Below are positions 16,385 through 27,377 of a DNA stretch of 33,892 bases, in pieces; the stretch's first letter is position 1, and every line of letters starts with the position of its first letter. Position numbers and translations under genes: made by a program. The DNA is from Actinomycetota bacterium. GTDB taxonomy: Bacteria > Actinomycetota > Actinomycetes > BP-191. The notes under the pieces are model-generated. The model saw nothing but the letters and a program-made list of their open reading frames with translations, searched no databases and was not told the origin of the DNA. The DNA is taken from positions 1-33,892 of the forward strand of contig JBDTYE010000002.1 of the NCBI GenBank assembly GCA_040005895.1, read 5' to 3'.

Positions 16385-17278
16385 CTACGGACGCGCGACG
16401 CGGGCGCGGACTACCTTGCCGACAGCCGAGAAGTCCTCCGCGCCGTAGCCGGCGTCCTGCGCCGCGGTGAGAAGTTGCCGGGCGAGAACTGCGGATTCGA
16501 CTGGCACGCCGAGCCGGGCGGCGTACGCGATCGCGAGGTCGATGTCCTTCGCCATCAGGTCGGTCGCGAAGCCGGGCCGCCAGCCGTTGCTGGCAGGGGA
16601 GTCGGGCTGCACGCCCTCGAACGGCACCCGCGTGCGGACCGCGACGCAGTCACCGGACGACGCCTTGAGGACTTCGAGAGTCTTGCCGAGGTCCGCCCCG
16701 GCCCGGTCGACCAGGGTGAACGCCTCCGCAGTCGCCTGCATCTGCGCGGCGTAGATCAGGTTGTTGGCGAGTTTGACCGCCTGGCCGAGTCCCGGCCCGC
16801 CGACGTGCACGATCATCCGGCTGAACGACTCGAGCACGGCGCGGACGTGGTCGAGCACCGCGGCGTCGCCGCCGACCATCAGTGTCAAGGTGCCGTTCTC
16901 CGCGCCCGTGCTGCCGCCGGAAAGAGGAGCTTCCAGATAGTCCCCACCGGCCGCGCTGACCCGATCATGCTGCTCGCGCTCGACGTCAGGATCGATCGTC
17001 GAGCAGTCGATGATCACCTTGCCGGCGACGACATCGAGTACGCCGTCGATGATGCCCGCGACGTCGGGCGAATTCGGCACGCACAGGATCGTGACGTCAC
17101 TCGCCGCGACGACGCCGGCCGGACTGCCCCCGTCGACCGCGCCGAGCAACAGCACGTCGTCGATCGGGCCGCGGCTGCGCGATGCCACCGTGACGTGGTG
17201 GTCGTTGGCCATCAGGTGCTTGGCAATGGGCCGGCCCATGACGCCCAGGCCGATGAAACCGACCTTCACGTCAGTCAC
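16385..17278 (-). CDS. Beta-hydroxyacid dehydrogenase (3-hydroxyisobutyrate/tartronate semialdehyde reductase family)
   Basis: VGFIGLGVMG.P.A, DCSTIDP, EAPLSGG, GTLTLMVGG, GQAVKLANN, KDIDLA. Confidence 0.92.
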   Translation of the reverse strand: MTDVKVGFIGLGVMGRPIAKHLMANDHHVTVASRSRGPIDDVLLLGAVDGGSPAGVVAASDVTILCVPNSPDVAGIIDGVLDVVAGKVIIDCSTIDPDVEREQHDRVSAAGGDYLEAPLSGGSTGAENGTLTLMVGGDAAVLDHVRAVLESFSRMIVHVGGPGLGQAVKLANNLIYAAQMQATAEAFTLVDRAGADLGKTLEVLKASSGDCVAVRTRVPFEGVQPDSPASNGWRPGFATDLMAKDIDLAIAYAARLGVPVESAVLARQLLTAAQDAGYGAEDFSAVGKVVRARVARP

Positions 17279-17762
17279 CGATCCGGTTCAAGGTGCCCGC
17301 CAGGTGCGACTGCAGCGGCAGACCCATCGCAGCCATGTCGATCGCGTACATCAACTCGACCCCGACCATGCCGTAGAGCCGCTTCATCGCGGTCACTTCC
17401 TTAGCGGTGGCGGTCCGCGCGACGAGGTCGGTAGCGAGCTCGATCTTGCGACCCTCGAACGTGCCGACGTAGATCTCGTTGATCCCGGTCGGGTGCGACA
17501 TGACCACCTCGATCGTGCCATCCGCCTGCGGCCGCCAAAAGCCGAATTCCGCGGCGAGCGGCCGGCCGTCGTCGAGCGACCAGGACCGTTGGCTGTAGGA
17601 CAGGAACGCCTTGCCGTTGTGGCGGAAGGTGATCTCCTCGCCGTAGTGGAAGTCCTCGATCGTCGGATAGCTGCCGTGGCCCTCGCCGCGCCACGTGCCG
17701 AGCAGGTAAGCGAGCGGCTTGACCGCAGTGTGGATCGCGGGCGATTCGGGCGCGGGGGTCAT
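17271..17762 (-). CDS. Nitrobindin/FABP-like (DUF1794) protein
   Basis: PLAYLLGTWRGEGHGSYPTI..F.YGEEITF.H.GK.FLSY, E.GFWR, C-terminal SHL (heme-His position). TAGCCT-7 nt-ATG start. Confidence 0.9.
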   Translation of the reverse strand: MTPAPESPAIHTAVKPLAYLLGTWRGEGHGSYPTIEDFHYGEEITFRHNGKAFLSYSQRSWSLDDGRPLAAEFGFWRPQADGTIEVVMSHPTGINEIYVGTFEGRKIELATDLVARTATAKEVTAMKRLYGMVGVELMYAIDMAAMGLPLQSHLAGTLNRIGD

Positions 17763-17772
17763 GGCTGTGAGG

Positions 17773-18318
17773 CTACCGACCGTCGGCGAGCGGACCGAAA
17801 GTGAGTGCGTAGAGGAGAGCGGTCAGCGAGAGCCCGTCCAGCAGCTCGCCCCGCCCGATCCTGGAACGCAGCTCGTGGACCGGCATCCAGTCGACGCGTT
17901 CCGATTCGCTGACGTCGACCGGCTCGCCGACGTACTCGGCGCCTGCTGCCTGGAACAGGTGGAAGACCTGGTCGCTGATGCCGTTGGAGGGGTGGTAGGC
18001 GAGCAGCGGCGACAGCGGTCCCGGCCGCCAGCCCGTCTCCTCCAGGACCTCGCGGGCGCCCGCCTGCGCGGCTTCCTCGCCATCCTCGATCCGGCCCGCC
18101 GGAATCTCCCAGCCCCAGGAGTCGGTGATGAACCGGTGCCGCCAGAGCAGAAGGACGCCGCGATCGGGATTGTGTACGACGACGCCCGCCGCCTTGCGCG
18201 GGGCCCGTACGACGTGGTGCTCGAATCGCTCACCGCCGGGGATCTCGATGTCGGCCAGCGACAGGTTGACCCAGTCGCTCTCATAGACCGAACGTTCCCC
18301 GTGCACCGTCCATCGCAT
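17773..18318 (-). CDS. NUDIX hydrolase
   Basis: Nudix box PAGRIEDGEEAAQAGAREVLEETGW. Confidence 0.92.
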   Translation of the reverse strand: MRWTVHGERSVYESDWVNLSLADIEIPGGERFEHHVVRAPRKAAGVVVHNPDRGVLLLWRHRFITDSWGWEIPAGRIEDGEEAAQAGAREVLEETGWRPGPLSPLLAYHPSNGISDQVFHLFQAAGAEYVGEPVDVSESERVDWMPVHELRSRIGRGELLDGLSLTALLYALTFGPLADGR

Positions 18319-18328
18319 TCCCCGAACG

Positions 18329-18721
18329 CTACCCGAGCACGCGGAACCAGATGCAGGCGATCCCCGTGTCGTCGGTCACTGGCGCGCCGTGCTGGTTCCA
18401 GAAGTCGCGATGACGCACCCGCCAGTCCTCGATGTCCGTGAAGCCCTCGCCCTCGGCCTCGGCGAGTTCCCACGGAACGTCGCCGAAACGGCGTACGTCG
18501 ACCGCCGTCACCTCCAGCGTGGCCAACCGCGCGCCGTCGTCGTCGAGTAGAGCGAGGCGTTCTGCGACGCGCTCCATCTCCTCGCCGTCGTCTGCGTAGT
18601 CCTGCACCCGAAGGGCGGTCGCCCGCTTGGTGCCCGCCAGCACCAGCGCGTTGAGGCGGTCACGCATGGCGCCGGGGGTGCCGAGCTCCATCGCCCGCAT
18701 GCCCTCGACCCGTGGCCACAT
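18329..18721 (-). CDS. ASCH domain protein
   Basis: [10 protein letters not shown] (GxKxAT), F.DV....A.AEGEG..D...WR..H..FW. TACGGT-6 nt-ATG start. Confidence 0.85.
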   Translation of the reverse strand: MWPRVEGMRAMELGTPGAMRDRLNALVLAGTKRATALRVQDYADDGEEMERVAERLALLDDDGARLATLEVTAVDVRRFGDVPWELAEAEGEGFTDIEDWRVRHRDFWNQHGAPVTDDTGIACIWFRVLG

Positions 18722-18778
18722 GCGACGACCGTAGCCCGATTGGGAATGTCGAGCCCAGCTGTGAGCATTCTCTTTGGT

Positions 18779-20083
18779 GTGCCGCTGTCATCTGCCCGCG
18801 CGTTGTCGCGCCCCGACGTTCCCCGGCGGATCGCGACCATCTCCGTGCACACCTCGCCGCTCGACCAGCCCGGCACCGGTGACGCCGGAGGCATGAACGT
18901 CTACATCGTCGAGGTCTCCAAACGGCTCGCCGCCCGCGGCATCGAGGTCGACATCTTCACCCGGGCGACGTCGAGCGCACTGCCCGCAGTGGTCGATCTG
19001 GCAGACGGGGTGCGGGTCCGGCACGTCACTGCCGGCCCCTTCGAAGGGCTTTCCAAGCGCGACCTGCCTACCCAGCTCTGCCCTTTCGCCTCCGGTGTGC
19101 TGCGGGCGGAGGCCATCCGCGAGCCCGGCTGGTACGACCTCGTGCACTCGCACTACTGGCTTTCCGGCCAGGTCGCCTGGCTCGCCAAGGAGCGCTGGGG
19201 GGTGCCGATGGTGCACTCGAGCCACACCCTGGCCAAGGTGAAGAACCTCGCCCTCGCCGACGGCGACGAACCCGAACCCACCGCCCGCGCGATCGGCGAG
19301 GCGCAGGTGCTCGCGACCGCGGACCGGCTTCTCGCCTCCACCGACGAGGAAGCCCGCGAGCTCGTCGAGTTGTACGACGCCGACCCGGCCCGGGTCGTCA
19401 CTGTCGCTCCTGGCGTCGATCTCGACCGCTTCAGCGCGGGCGACGTCGCCAAGGCCAGGCGCCGCGTCGGGATCGCGCCGGACGCCGTGCTGCTGCTCTT
19501 CGTCGGCCGCATCCAGCCGCTGAAGGCGCCCGACGTGCTTTTGCGCGCAGCAGCCGACCTGCTCGCGGCGGATCCTGCGTTGCGGTCGCGCCTTGTCGTC
19601 GCGATCGTCGGCGGCCCAAGCGGCAGTGGTTGTGACGAGCCGGAAGCGTTGATTCATCTGCGCGACCAGCTCGGCCTGCGTGACGTCGTGCGCTTCGAAC
19701 CCCCTGCGGCACAAGGGGTTCTGGTCGATTGGTACCGCGCCGCCGATGTCGTCGTCGTACCCAGCCACAGCGAATCGTTCGGTCTTGTGGCGCTCGAGGC
19801 GCAGGCCTGCGGCACTCCTGTCATCGCGGCCGCCGTCGGTGGTCTGCGGACCGCCGTAGCTGACGGCGTCTCGGGCATCCTGGTCAAGGGCCACGATCCA
19901 GCCTCGTACGCCGCCGCGATCGGGAGCGTCGTACGCGCGCCCATGTTCCGGTCGAGGCTGAGCCGCGCGGCCATCTCGCACGCGGCCGAGTTCAGCTGGA
20001 ATGCAACCGCTGACGGCATCGTCGACGTCTATCGGGACGTGCTTCGCGAACACTCGATGCTGGCGCGCGAATCCGTCGGGTGA
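18779..20083 (+). CDS. mshA: D-inositol-3-phosphate glycosyltransferase (mycothiol biosynthesis)
   Basis: [70 protein letters not shown]. Start is uncertain (GTG 18779 chosen). Confidence 0.95.
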   Translation: MPLSSARALSRPDVPRRIATISVHTSPLDQPGTGDAGGMNVYIVEVSKRLAARGIEVDIFTRATSSALPAVVDLADGVRVRHVTAGPFEGLSKRDLPTQLCPFASGVLRAEAIREPGWYDLVHSHYWLSGQVAWLAKERWGVPMVHSSHTLAKVKNLALADGDEPEPTARAIGEAQVLATADRLLASTDEEARELVELYDADPARVVTVAPGVDLDRFSAGDVAKARRRVGIAPDAVLLLFVGRIQPLKAPDVLLRAAADLLAADPALRSRLVVAIVGGPSGSGCDEPEALIHLRDQLGLRDVVRFEPPAAQGVLVDWYRAADVVVVPSHSESFGLVALEAQACGTPVIAAAVGGLRTAVADGVSGILVKGHDPASYAAAIGSVVRAPMFRSRLSRAAISHAAEFSWNATADGIVDVYRDVLREHSMLARESVG

Positions 20084-20556
20084 CCACCGCCGACCAGCTG
20101 CAGGTCATTCTCGACGGCCTCGAGGTGGGGTATGAGCGCGTCGGCGACGGCGAGTTCCTGGTGCCGTTGCGCGGTGACAACAAGTTGGTGACCAACATGC
20201 TGTTGACGGTCGCCGAGTCCGCGCTGATCGTCGAAGCGTTCTTCATGCGCCGGCCGGACGACAACCTCGACGAGGTTTATGCGTTCCTGCTGCGCCGCAA
20301 CCTGCGTACCTTCGGCGTGCACTTCGCCGTCGACAAGCTGGGCGACATCTACCTCACCGGCCGGCTGCCGCTGCCGGCCGTCAACGCCGCGGACATCGAC
20401 ACCCTGCTCGGCGCGGTGATCGCCGCCGCCGACGAATGCTTCAATCCGGCGATCAGTCTCGGCTTCGCTGCTGCGATCCGTTCAGAAAAGGCGTGGCGCG
20501 ACAAGAACGGTCTCGACGACACCAACCTGGCGCCCTTCCTGCGCCCAACCGAATAG
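20080..20556 (+). CDS. YbjN domain protein
   Basis: Overlaps the mshA stop (GTGA), the conserved position for this gene. [11 protein letters not shown]...Y.FLLRRN...GVHFAVD..GDIYL.G. Confidence 0.88.
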   Translation: MTTADQLQVILDGLEVGYERVGDGEFLVPLRGDNKLVTNMLLTVAESALIVEAFFMRRPDDNLDEVYAFLLRRNLRTFGVHFAVDKLGDIYLTGRLPLPAVNAADIDTLLGAVIAAADECFNPAISLGFAAAIRSEKAWRDKNGLDDTNLAPFLRPTE

Positions 20557-20600
20557 CCGCAACCCGGATTCAAGTCGCGGACCAGCCGCAGGGTCCAAGG

Positions 20601-21746
20601 TCAACCCGGCTGCGCAAGCCGGTAGCTGAGGAACGCGACCGAAGTGGCAGCAACCCCGAACGCCGCGAGCACCCACGGCACGGCGGCGGCGCTCGACGCG
20701 TCGGTCGCCAGGCCCAGGATGGGCGCGCCGACGATGGGACCGGCCAGACCGGCCGCAAACACCCGGGTCGCCCCCCGCCCGCTCGGCACCACCCTGGCCT
20801 GCCAGGTGATGACGGCAGGGAAGACCGGCGCGAGCAGCAGGCCAGTCACTGCAAAGGCCGCGACGGCGTACGCCGTGTTGGTGGCGACCAGGACGGAGCA
20901 GGTGGCAAGGGCGAGCGATGTGAGCACCAGACGGGCCGGGTGCCAGTGCAGGGCCAGCGGGGTCGAGACCAGCCGGCCGACAGTCAGTCCGAGCCAGAAC
21001 AACGCGACGGCGTTCGCGGCCCCGGCCGCAGACATCGACGACACCCCGCGCAGGTAAGTCGTCTCCCAGCTCGAGACGCCGCCCTCGAATGCGACGTAGC
21101 CGAGCAGGACGCTGCCCAGCAGGACAATCACGCGCAGCTCCCGGCGGGTGGCCCGCCGGCTGGTCAGAGGCGACGTGTTCGGCGTACGCAGAGTGGTCGT
21201 CAGCACCAGCAGCGCGGTGGCGGTAACCGCGCAGACCAGGTAGGGCAGCGCCAGGTTCCGCGGGGCCCGGCCGACGAGTAGCGGGGTCAGCACCGCGCTG
21301 GCGCCGAATGCCGCGCTCGTGGCTGACAGCACCGCGCCGCTACCCCGGCCGTATGCGGTCGCGACGACGAGATTGAGCAGTACGTCGAACATGCCGAAAC
21401 CCAGACCCGCGAACAGCAGGCAGCAGGCCACCAGCGGCCCGTTCGGCGCGAACGGCACACCGGCGCAGCCGACTGCGAGGCAGAGCGCGCCGATGCTCAA
21501 CAGCCGGGGTGCCGGATACCGGTGCCGGATGAAACCCGAGAGCGCGACGCCGGCGGCCGAGCCGACCGAGAAGGCGGCCAGCAGTGTTGCCCCACCGGTC
21601 GCGTCGAGGCCGTGTCTGCTGCGCAATTCGGGCAGCGTCGGCCCGAGGACGCTCACGACGATGCCCAGCACGAAGAAGCCGACTGCGCCGGTCAGCGCAA
21701 GACGCAGCGGTGATGAGACTGCACTGCCTGTAGCCTTGCCCGCCAT
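20601..21746 (-). CDS. MFS transporter (FucP/TsgA-like)
   Basis: About 12 hydrophobic segments; [31 protein letters not shown]. The nearest in-frame ATG is at 21746; the ORF extension to 22001 is antisense to gpmA. Confidence 0.8.
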   Translation of the reverse strand: MAGKATGSAVSSPLRLALTGAVGFFVLGIVVSVLGPTLPELRSRHGLDATGGATLLAAFSVGSAAGVALSGFIRHRYPAPRLLSIGALCLAVGCAGVPFAPNGPLVACCLLFAGLGFGMFDVLLNLVVATAYGRGSGAVLSATSAAFGASAVLTPLLVGRAPRNLALPYLVCAVTATALLVLTTTLRTPNTSPLTSRRATRRELRVIVLLGSVLLGYVAFEGGVSSWETTYLRGVSSMSAAGAANAVALFWLGLTVGRLVSTPLALHWHPARLVLTSLALATCSVLVATNTAYAVAAFAVTGLLLAPVFPAVITWQARVVPSGRGATRVFAAGLAGPIVGAPILGLATDASSAAAVPWVLAAFGVAATSVAFLSYRLAQPG

Positions 21747-22494
21747 GAGCACCCTGATTCTGGTTCGCCACGGCGAGAGTACGTGGAACAAGGAGAACCG
21801 CTTCACCGGCTGGACCGACGTCGATCTCTCCGACAAAGGCGTAGACGAGGCGAGGGCGGCCGGCCGGTTACTCGCCGACGAGGGTATCGAGATCCAGATC
21901 GCGCACACGTCTGTGCAGAAGCGCGCGATCCGCACTCTCTTGCTGGCGCTCGAGGAAGCCGACCGCCTCTGGATCCCGATCGTGAAGTCATGGAGGCTCA
22001 ACGAGCGGCACTACGGCGCGCTGCAGGGCCTGGACAAGGCGGAGACGCTGGACAAGCACGGCGAGGAGCTGTTCCAGCTGTGGCGGCGCAGCTATGACAC
22101 GCCACCGCCGGCGCTCGAGTACGACGACGCACGTCATCCGCGCTTCGACCCGCGCTACCGCGACCTGCCGCCGGACGTCCTGCCGGCGACCGAGTGCCTC
22201 AAGGACGTCGTCGTGCGGATGCTGCCGTATTGGCAGGACGCCATTACCGCCGACCTCCGGGTCGGGCGGACCGTGCTGGTCGCGGCGCACGGCAACAGCC
22301 TGCGCGCCCTGGTCAAGCACCTTGACGGGATCAGCGATGAGGACATTGCCGGCCTCAACATCCCGACCGGGATCCCGCTGCGCTACGAGCTCGACGATGA
22401 TTTCCGGCCGGTCTCGAAGGCCTATCTCGGTGACCCTGAGGCCGCCGAGGCGGCGGCTGCAGCGGTTGCGGCGCAAGGGAAGAAGCGGACCTGA
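21745..22494 (+). CDS. gpmA: 2,3-bisphosphoglycerate-dependent phosphoglycerate mutase
   Basis: [59 protein letters not shown]-8 nt-ATG start. Confidence 0.97.
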   Translation: MSTLILVRHGESTWNKENRFTGWTDVDLSDKGVDEARAAGRLLADEGIEIQIAHTSVQKRAIRTLLLALEEADRLWIPIVKSWRLNERHYGALQGLDKAETLDKHGEELFQLWRRSYDTPPPALEYDDARHPRFDPRYRDLPPDVLPATECLKDVVVRMLPYWQDAITADLRVGRTVLVAAHGNSLRALVKHLDGISDEDIAGLNIPTGIPLRYELDDDFRPVSKAYLGDPEAAEAAAAAVAAQGKKRT

Positions 22495-22509
22495 TCGCCG
22501 GCACGGTGT

Positions 22510-23682
22510 TCAGTACGCCGACATCGAGCGGATGTCGGCCGGCTGCATCTGGCGCAACATCGGGTCGCTTGCGTATCGCACCCGCTTGTCACCGAGCCGG
22601 TAACCCAGGAGGTTGACCGCGGGTCTCTCCGACGCGGCGAAGAACCAGCGGCTGTCGGGCGACCAGGTGAGCAGAGCCGCGCGCGGCGTTCCCGGTTCCA
22701 GGCCGCCGACCTGCCGCACCGCGCCCGTCGCCAGGTCCGCCACGAGCAGGTAGGGCTCGTCCTCGCCGGCACGGGGAATCCGCCTGCCGACGACCGCCAG
22801 CCGGCTGCTGTCGGGCGAGAACGACGCCGCCCCGGTCGCCCATCCCGTCGGCACCCCGACGTCGAGAATCTCGCCGGTCTTGTCGACCGCGACTTTCATC
22901 GGGCAGGCGGGCAGGTCGCAGTTCGGCAGCGTGAACGCCGTGTGCTCGGCATCGGCGGCGACGACGAGGAAGTTGGCCGCAGTCCAGTAGATCTGGACGA
23001 CCTGGCGCGCATCCAGGTCCCATCGTTCGAGTGAGCTGGAGAAGTTCTCGAAGGACTCGGTGATCATCCCGTACGGCGTTTCGCGGACGCCCCTCCTGCG
23101 GTCGCCGAGAGAGACCTTGCGGACCACCCGGCCGGTCAGGTCGACTCTCCACAGCGCCCCGACGGCGTTCGCCTTCTCCGCCAGCCAGACGTGACCGTCG
23201 TCGGCGGCGGGGACGAGTGCTCGGGCCGCGCCGAGCTCCACGACACGGCTGCGGTCCGCCGGCACGTAGACCGCGGTCGGCAGCCGGTCGCCGGGAGACC
23301 ACACCAGCACTACATCGCCGGATCGGACGTGCACGGACTCCAGCGTCGTACCGGGCAGCGAAGTCCAGCGGACGAACCCGTCGTCGAGTCCGACGTCGAC
23401 CAGCGAGTCGCCGCCCATCGCCAGTTTCGCGCCGGTCCGCTCCGCCAGCACCAGGTGGTCAGCAACAGTGGATGCCACAGAGCTGGCGGGTGTTTGGGCA
23501 GCGACTGGCTTGGAGATCGGTGTGGCTGCGGGCTTTGCGTGCGGTTCGGCCGGGAGCAGCTGCCAGCCGGCAACGCCGGCGACGAGCACCAGGACCGCGA
23601 GCATCACTGCGCGCGGCGGCCGCGGCGGCCGCAGTGGCCGGCGGGTACCGCCGACCGACAGCACTTCCGCGGGCAGGCTCAC
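22510..23682 (-). CDS. Membrane-anchored hypothetical protein with beta-propeller (TolB/PD40-like) repeats
   Basis: N-terminal TM helix; ASFSPDSSRLAV and LTWSPDSRWFF repeats. Confidence 0.65.
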   Translation of the reverse strand: MSLPAEVLSVGGTRRPLRPPRPPRAVMLAVLVLVAGVAGWQLLPAEPHAKPAATPISKPVAAQTPASSVASTVADHLVLAERTGAKLAMGGDSLVDVGLDDGFVRWTSLPGTTLESVHVRSGDVVLVWSPGDRLPTAVYVPADRSRVVELGAARALVPAADDGHVWLAEKANAVGALWRVDLTGRVVRKVSLGDRRRGVRETPYGMITESFENFSSSLERWDLDARQVVQIYWTAANFLVVAADAEHTAFTLPNCDLPACPMKVAVDKTGEILDVGVPTGWATGAASFSPDSSRLAVVGRRIPRAGEDEPYLLVADLATGAVRQVGGLEPGTPRAALLTWSPDSRWFFAASERPAVNLLGYRLGDKRVRYASDPMLRQMQPADIRSMSAY

Positions 23683-23726
23683 AGGTCGATGCTCGGCCCG
23701 CGGACCGCCTTCGGCAAGGCGAAGTC

Positions 23727-24509
23727 CTATTCCGTCGCGATTGCCAGGGCCTCGGCGGTCGCCGGGTGTACGGCGATGAGCCCGTCCCGTGCCCGCGCGG
23801 CGCAGTGGGCGACCAGAACGGCGTACGCGGGCTCGCCCATCATCGCGGTGAGCTCCGCGCCGAGGCTGACGTAGACAGGTTCCGCGCCGATGTGCGCCTC
23901 CCGTGACGTGGTGCAGAACCAGTCGAGGTCATGCCCGCCGGGACCCCAGCCGCGCCGGGTGAACTCCGTGATCGTCGTGACGAGGATCTTGGTTTCGTCC
24001 GTGCGTTCGTCCCACTCCACGAACCGCTGGATGGGCAGCTGCCAGCAGACATCCGGTTTGGTCTCGAGCGGGTGCCTGCCGGTGCGCAGGGCCATCCGGT
24101 GCAGCGCGCACCCGGCGCCGCCCGAAAACCCGGGGCGGTTGAGGAAGATGCAGGCGTCCTCGAACTTGCGGGTACGCCGTCGGCCGTCCTCCTCGTCGAT
24201 CTCGTCGATGCCGCCCTTGCGCTGAGACCGGAACTGCCAGTCGTCCGCGGTGAGCTCCTTGGCCATTGCACGAACCCGGCGCTGGTCGTCCTTGTCCGAA
24301 TAGAAGGCGCCGTGGCTGCAGCAACCGTCGTCGGGGCGTTCCCTGCTGATGCCGTGGCAGCCGCGGCCGAAGATGCAGGTCCAGCTCGACATCAGCCACG
24401 TCAGGTCGGCCCTGAACTCGCGCTCCGGATCGTCCGGGTCGGCGAACGTGAACCACTCGCGCGGAAAGTCGAGTGTGGTTTCTGGCGCTGGCTTGGGGCG
24501 TCGCGGCAC
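23727..24509 (-). CDS. Cys-rich conserved actinobacterial protein (Rv0495c-like)
   Basis: [10 protein letters not shown]....[58 protein letters not shown] before the GTG at 24509. Confidence 0.82.
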   Translation of the reverse strand: MPRRPKPAPETTLDFPREWFTFADPDDPEREFRADLTWLMSSWTCIFGRGCHGISRERPDDGCCSHGAFYSDKDDQRRVRAMAKELTADDWQFRSQRKGGIDEIDEEDGRRRTRKFEDACIFLNRPGFSGGAGCALHRMALRTGRHPLETKPDVCWQLPIQRFVEWDERTDETKILVTTITEFTRRGWGPGGHDLDWFCTTSREAHIGAEPVYVSLGAELTAMMGEPAYAVLVAHCAARARDGLIAVHPATAEALAIATE

Positions 24510-24573
24510 GGTGCGTGGATCCTCTCGAGTCAGCAGAAGCGTAGCGGTCACCTGCCCGGGTACCCTCCTCAAC

Positions 24574-25530
24574 GTGACCGACGGGATGCCGACCGTTCCC
24601 GCCGCGAAAGTGGCTCTGTCGACGGCGTCCACATATCCGGAGACCACTGCGGCGGCGTTCGAGATTGCCTCGCGGCTCGGCTACGACGGCGTCGAGGTCA
24701 TGGTGTGGACCGATCCGGTCAGCCAGGACGTCAACGCGCTGCGGCGGCTCTCCGAGTACCACCAGCTGCCGGTGCTCGCCCTGCACGCGCCGTGCCTGCT
24801 GCTGACGCAGCGCGTCTGGGGCAACGACCCCTGGTTGAAACTGGACCGGGCCAGGGATGCGGCGACAGCGCTCGGAGCCGAGACGGTCGTCGTACACCCG
24901 CCGTTTCGCTGGCAGCGGGAGTACGCGGCGAAGTTCATCCAGGGGATCAGCCGGATGGCGGACGAGACGCACATCCGCTTCGCGGTCGAGAACATGTTTC
25001 CGCTGCGTGCCGGTGGCCGTTCAGTCGTGCCGTATGCACCTGACTGGAATCCGCTGGAGGGCGACTACCAGCACTACACCCTAGATCTCTCGCACACCTC
25101 GGTTTCGCAGTCGGATGCAATGCAGATGGCTCGGGACATGGGCGACCGGCTCGCACATGTGCACATCGCCGACGGCACGGGGTCGGTGAAGGACGAACAC
25201 CTGATCCCCGGCCGGGGGATTCAACCCTGCGCCGAGCTGCTGGAAACCCTTGCGCAGCAAGACTTCAACGGTCTGGTCGTGGTCGAGGTCAACACCCGCA
25301 AGGCGACCGACCGAGCCGACCGGGAGGCTGATCTGGCGGAGGCCCTGGCGTTCACGCGGCTGAATCTTGCCGCCGGTCCCGACACGGTCGCGGGGCTGCG
25401 GTCGAAGGCAGAGCAGGCGGCGCGCCGGGCCCGTTTCGCGGTGAGTGCCGATGGTGTCGACGACCTGCGCGCGACGGGTTCTGCCGGCCCCGGCAGTCAG
25501 CGGCAGCGCAGGTGGCCCGCCGGCCCGTGA
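24574..25530 (+). CDS. Sugar phosphate isomerase/epimerase, TIM barrel (Rv0498-like)
   Basis: [75 protein letters not shown]-7 nt-GTG start. Confidence 0.88.
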   Translation: MTDGMPTVPAAKVALSTASTYPETTAAAFEIASRLGYDGVEVMVWTDPVSQDVNALRRLSEYHQLPVLALHAPCLLLTQRVWGNDPWLKLDRARDAATALGAETVVVHPPFRWQREYAAKFIQGISRMADETHIRFAVENMFPLRAGGRSVVPYAPDWNPLEGDYQHYTLDLSHTSVSQSDAMQMARDMGDRLAHVHIADGTGSVKDEHLIPGRGIQPCAELLETLAQQDFNGLVVVEVNTRKATDRADREADLAEALAFTRLNLAAGPDTVAGLRSKAEQAARRARFAVSADGVDDLRATGSAGPGSQRQRRWPAGP

Positions 25531-25606
25531 ACCGGGTTGCCTCTGGCGGAGGCTTGCCATTGCACGCCGTTGCCGTTGAGGTTGCCGATGACAGAAAGGA
25601 CTGCTG

Positions 25607-26527
25607 GTGTTACGCCGATTGCTGCTCTCCGCCTCGGACAACCGCGCTCTCGAACGGTTCACCCGAACTTCGCCGCTCTCGCGGCCGGTCGTCCGGCGCT
25701 TCGTGGCCGGGGACAGGCTCGAGGACGCGGTCGACGTCGCGACGCGCCTGGTCGGCTCCGGCCTGCTTGTCAGCCTCGACCACCTCGGTGAGAACACGAC
25801 TGAGCGGTCGCAGGCCGAGCAGGTGGTGTCGGCGTACGTCGCTCTGCTCTCCAGGCTGGCGGCCGAAGGGCTGACGGGCGGGACGGAGGTCTCGCTGAAG
25901 CTGTCTGCGATCGGCCAGGGTCTGGACGAAGCCTGGTGTGTGGAGAACGCGTTTCGGATCGTCGAGGCCGCGACGGATGCCGGCACGACGGTGACGTTCG
26001 ACATGGAGGACCACACGACGACTGAGACGACCCTGAGGATGCTGCAGCAGGTGCGGGTCAGCTACCCCGACACAGGCGCGGTGATCCAGGCCTACCTGCG
26101 GCGCAGCGCCGGCGACGTCGACGACCTGATCAAGAGCACCGCCCGCGTCAGGCTCTGCAAGGGCGCATATCGGGAATCCGAATCGGTGGCCTACCAGAGT
26201 AAGCAGGAGGTCGACGCCAACTACGCCCGGCTGCTGGCCCGGCTGATGAAGCACGGCCACTACCCGATGATCGCCACCCACGACCCGCGGCTGATCTCGG
26301 TCGCGGGCGAGCTGGCTCGCCGTTCCGGGCGGGCCCGCGACACGTTCGAATACCAGATGCTGTACGGCGTTCGGCCGCAGGAGCAAAGGCGGCTGGCTGC
26401 CGACGGCAACCGGGTCCGCGTCTACACGCCCTACGGGAACCAGTGGTACGCCTACCTCGTCCGCAGGCTCGCGGAACGCCCCGCCAACGTCATGTTCCTC
26501 GTTCGCGCGCTAGCCTCGCGATCATGA
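25607..26527 (+). CDS. Monofunctional proline dehydrogenase
   Basis: RRFVAG, SLDHLGE, SLKLS, DMED, VIQAYLRR, RVRLCKGAY, ATHD, EYQMLYG, Y.PYG..WY.Y..RRLAERP. RBS GAAAGGA. Confidence 0.95.
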   Translation: MLRRLLLSASDNRALERFTRTSPLSRPVVRRFVAGDRLEDAVDVATRLVGSGLLVSLDHLGENTTERSQAEQVVSAYVALLSRLAAEGLTGGTEVSLKLSAIGQGLDEAWCVENAFRIVEAATDAGTTVTFDMEDHTTTETTLRMLQQVRVSYPDTGAVIQAYLRRSAGDVDDLIKSTARVRLCKGAYRESESVAYQSKQEVDANYARLLARLMKHGHYPMIATHDPRLISVAGELARRSGRARDTFEYQMLYGVRPQEQRRLAADGNRVRVYTPYGNQWYAYLVRRLAERPANVMFLVRALASRS

Positions 26528-27330
26528 CGACGCTCGCGATTCTCGGTGCCGGCAAGATGGGCGAGACGCTTCTGTCCGGTTTGCTGCGGTCCGGTACGCC
26601 GCCATCCGAGGTAATCGTCTCTGTCCGCCGCGCTGAGCGGGCGAAGGCGCTCGAGGAGAAGTACGGCGTCTGCGCCGTGGGCTCCGCTGACGCCGCCGAG
26701 CGCGGCGCTACGGTCCTCCTCGCAGTAAAGCCGCAGGACATGAACGCGCTGCTCCTGGAAATCCGGCACGCGATCACACCCGACAAGCTCGTTGTCTCGA
26801 TGGCGGCCGGCATCCCGACGACAACGATCGAGCGACAGTTGGCGGAGGGCGTAGCGGTCGTCCGGGTCATGACCAACACCCCTGCCCTGGTCGACGAAGC
26901 GATGAGCGTGTTGTCCGCGGGTTCGCACGCCGATGAAGCCCATCTGAGCCGAGCAGAAGAGGTCTTCCGGCACGTCGGCAAGGTGCTCCGCGTGCCGGAG
27001 TACCAGCAGGACGCCGTCACCGCGCTGTCCGGCAGCGGTCCCGCCTATTTCTTCTACCTCGTAGAAGCAATGATCGACGCGGGCATCCTCTTGGGCCTGC
27101 CGCGTGCGGTCGCGGCCGATCTCCTGGTCCAAACTGCCGTCGGTGCCGCCGTCATGCTGCGCGACACAGGTGAGCATCCGGTCCGCTTGCGCGAAGCCGT
27201 AACCTCGCCGGCCGGCACGACGATCAACGCCATCAGGGAACTCGAGAAACACGGCGTGCGAGCCGCCTTCCTCGCCGCCATCGAGGCAGCCCGCGACCGC
27301 AGCCGCGAACTTGCAGAAGGCCACGAGTAA
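26524..27330 (+). CDS. proC: Pyrroline-5-carboxylate reductase
   Basis: LGAGKMG, AVKPQ, SMAAG, RVMTNTP, ALSGSGPAY, VTSPAGTT. ATGA overlap with proline dehydrogenase. Confidence 0.96.
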   Translation: MTTLAILGAGKMGETLLSGLLRSGTPPSEVIVSVRRAERAKALEEKYGVCAVGSADAAERGATVLLAVKPQDMNALLLEIRHAITPDKLVVSMAAGIPTTTIERQLAEGVAVVRVMTNTPALVDEAMSVLSAGSHADEAHLSRAEEVFRHVGKVLRVPEYQQDAVTALSGSGPAYFFYLVEAMIDAGILLGLPRAVAADLLVQTAVGAAVMLRDTGEHPVRLREAVTSPAGTTINAIRELEKHGVRAAFLAAIEAARDRSRELAEGHE

Positions 27331-27377
27331 CCGAGCCCCGTCCACTGACTACATGCCGATTCCGCGACCGCGTGCCA

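Noticed and set aside
21747-22001. MFS ORF extension, and the gpmA extension back to 21319
   Set aside because: Each is simply antisense to the other gene's coding region.
25584-25591. GCCGATGA before proline dehydrogenase as a WhiG promoter
   Set aside because: No acceptable -35 at 15-17 nt spacing.
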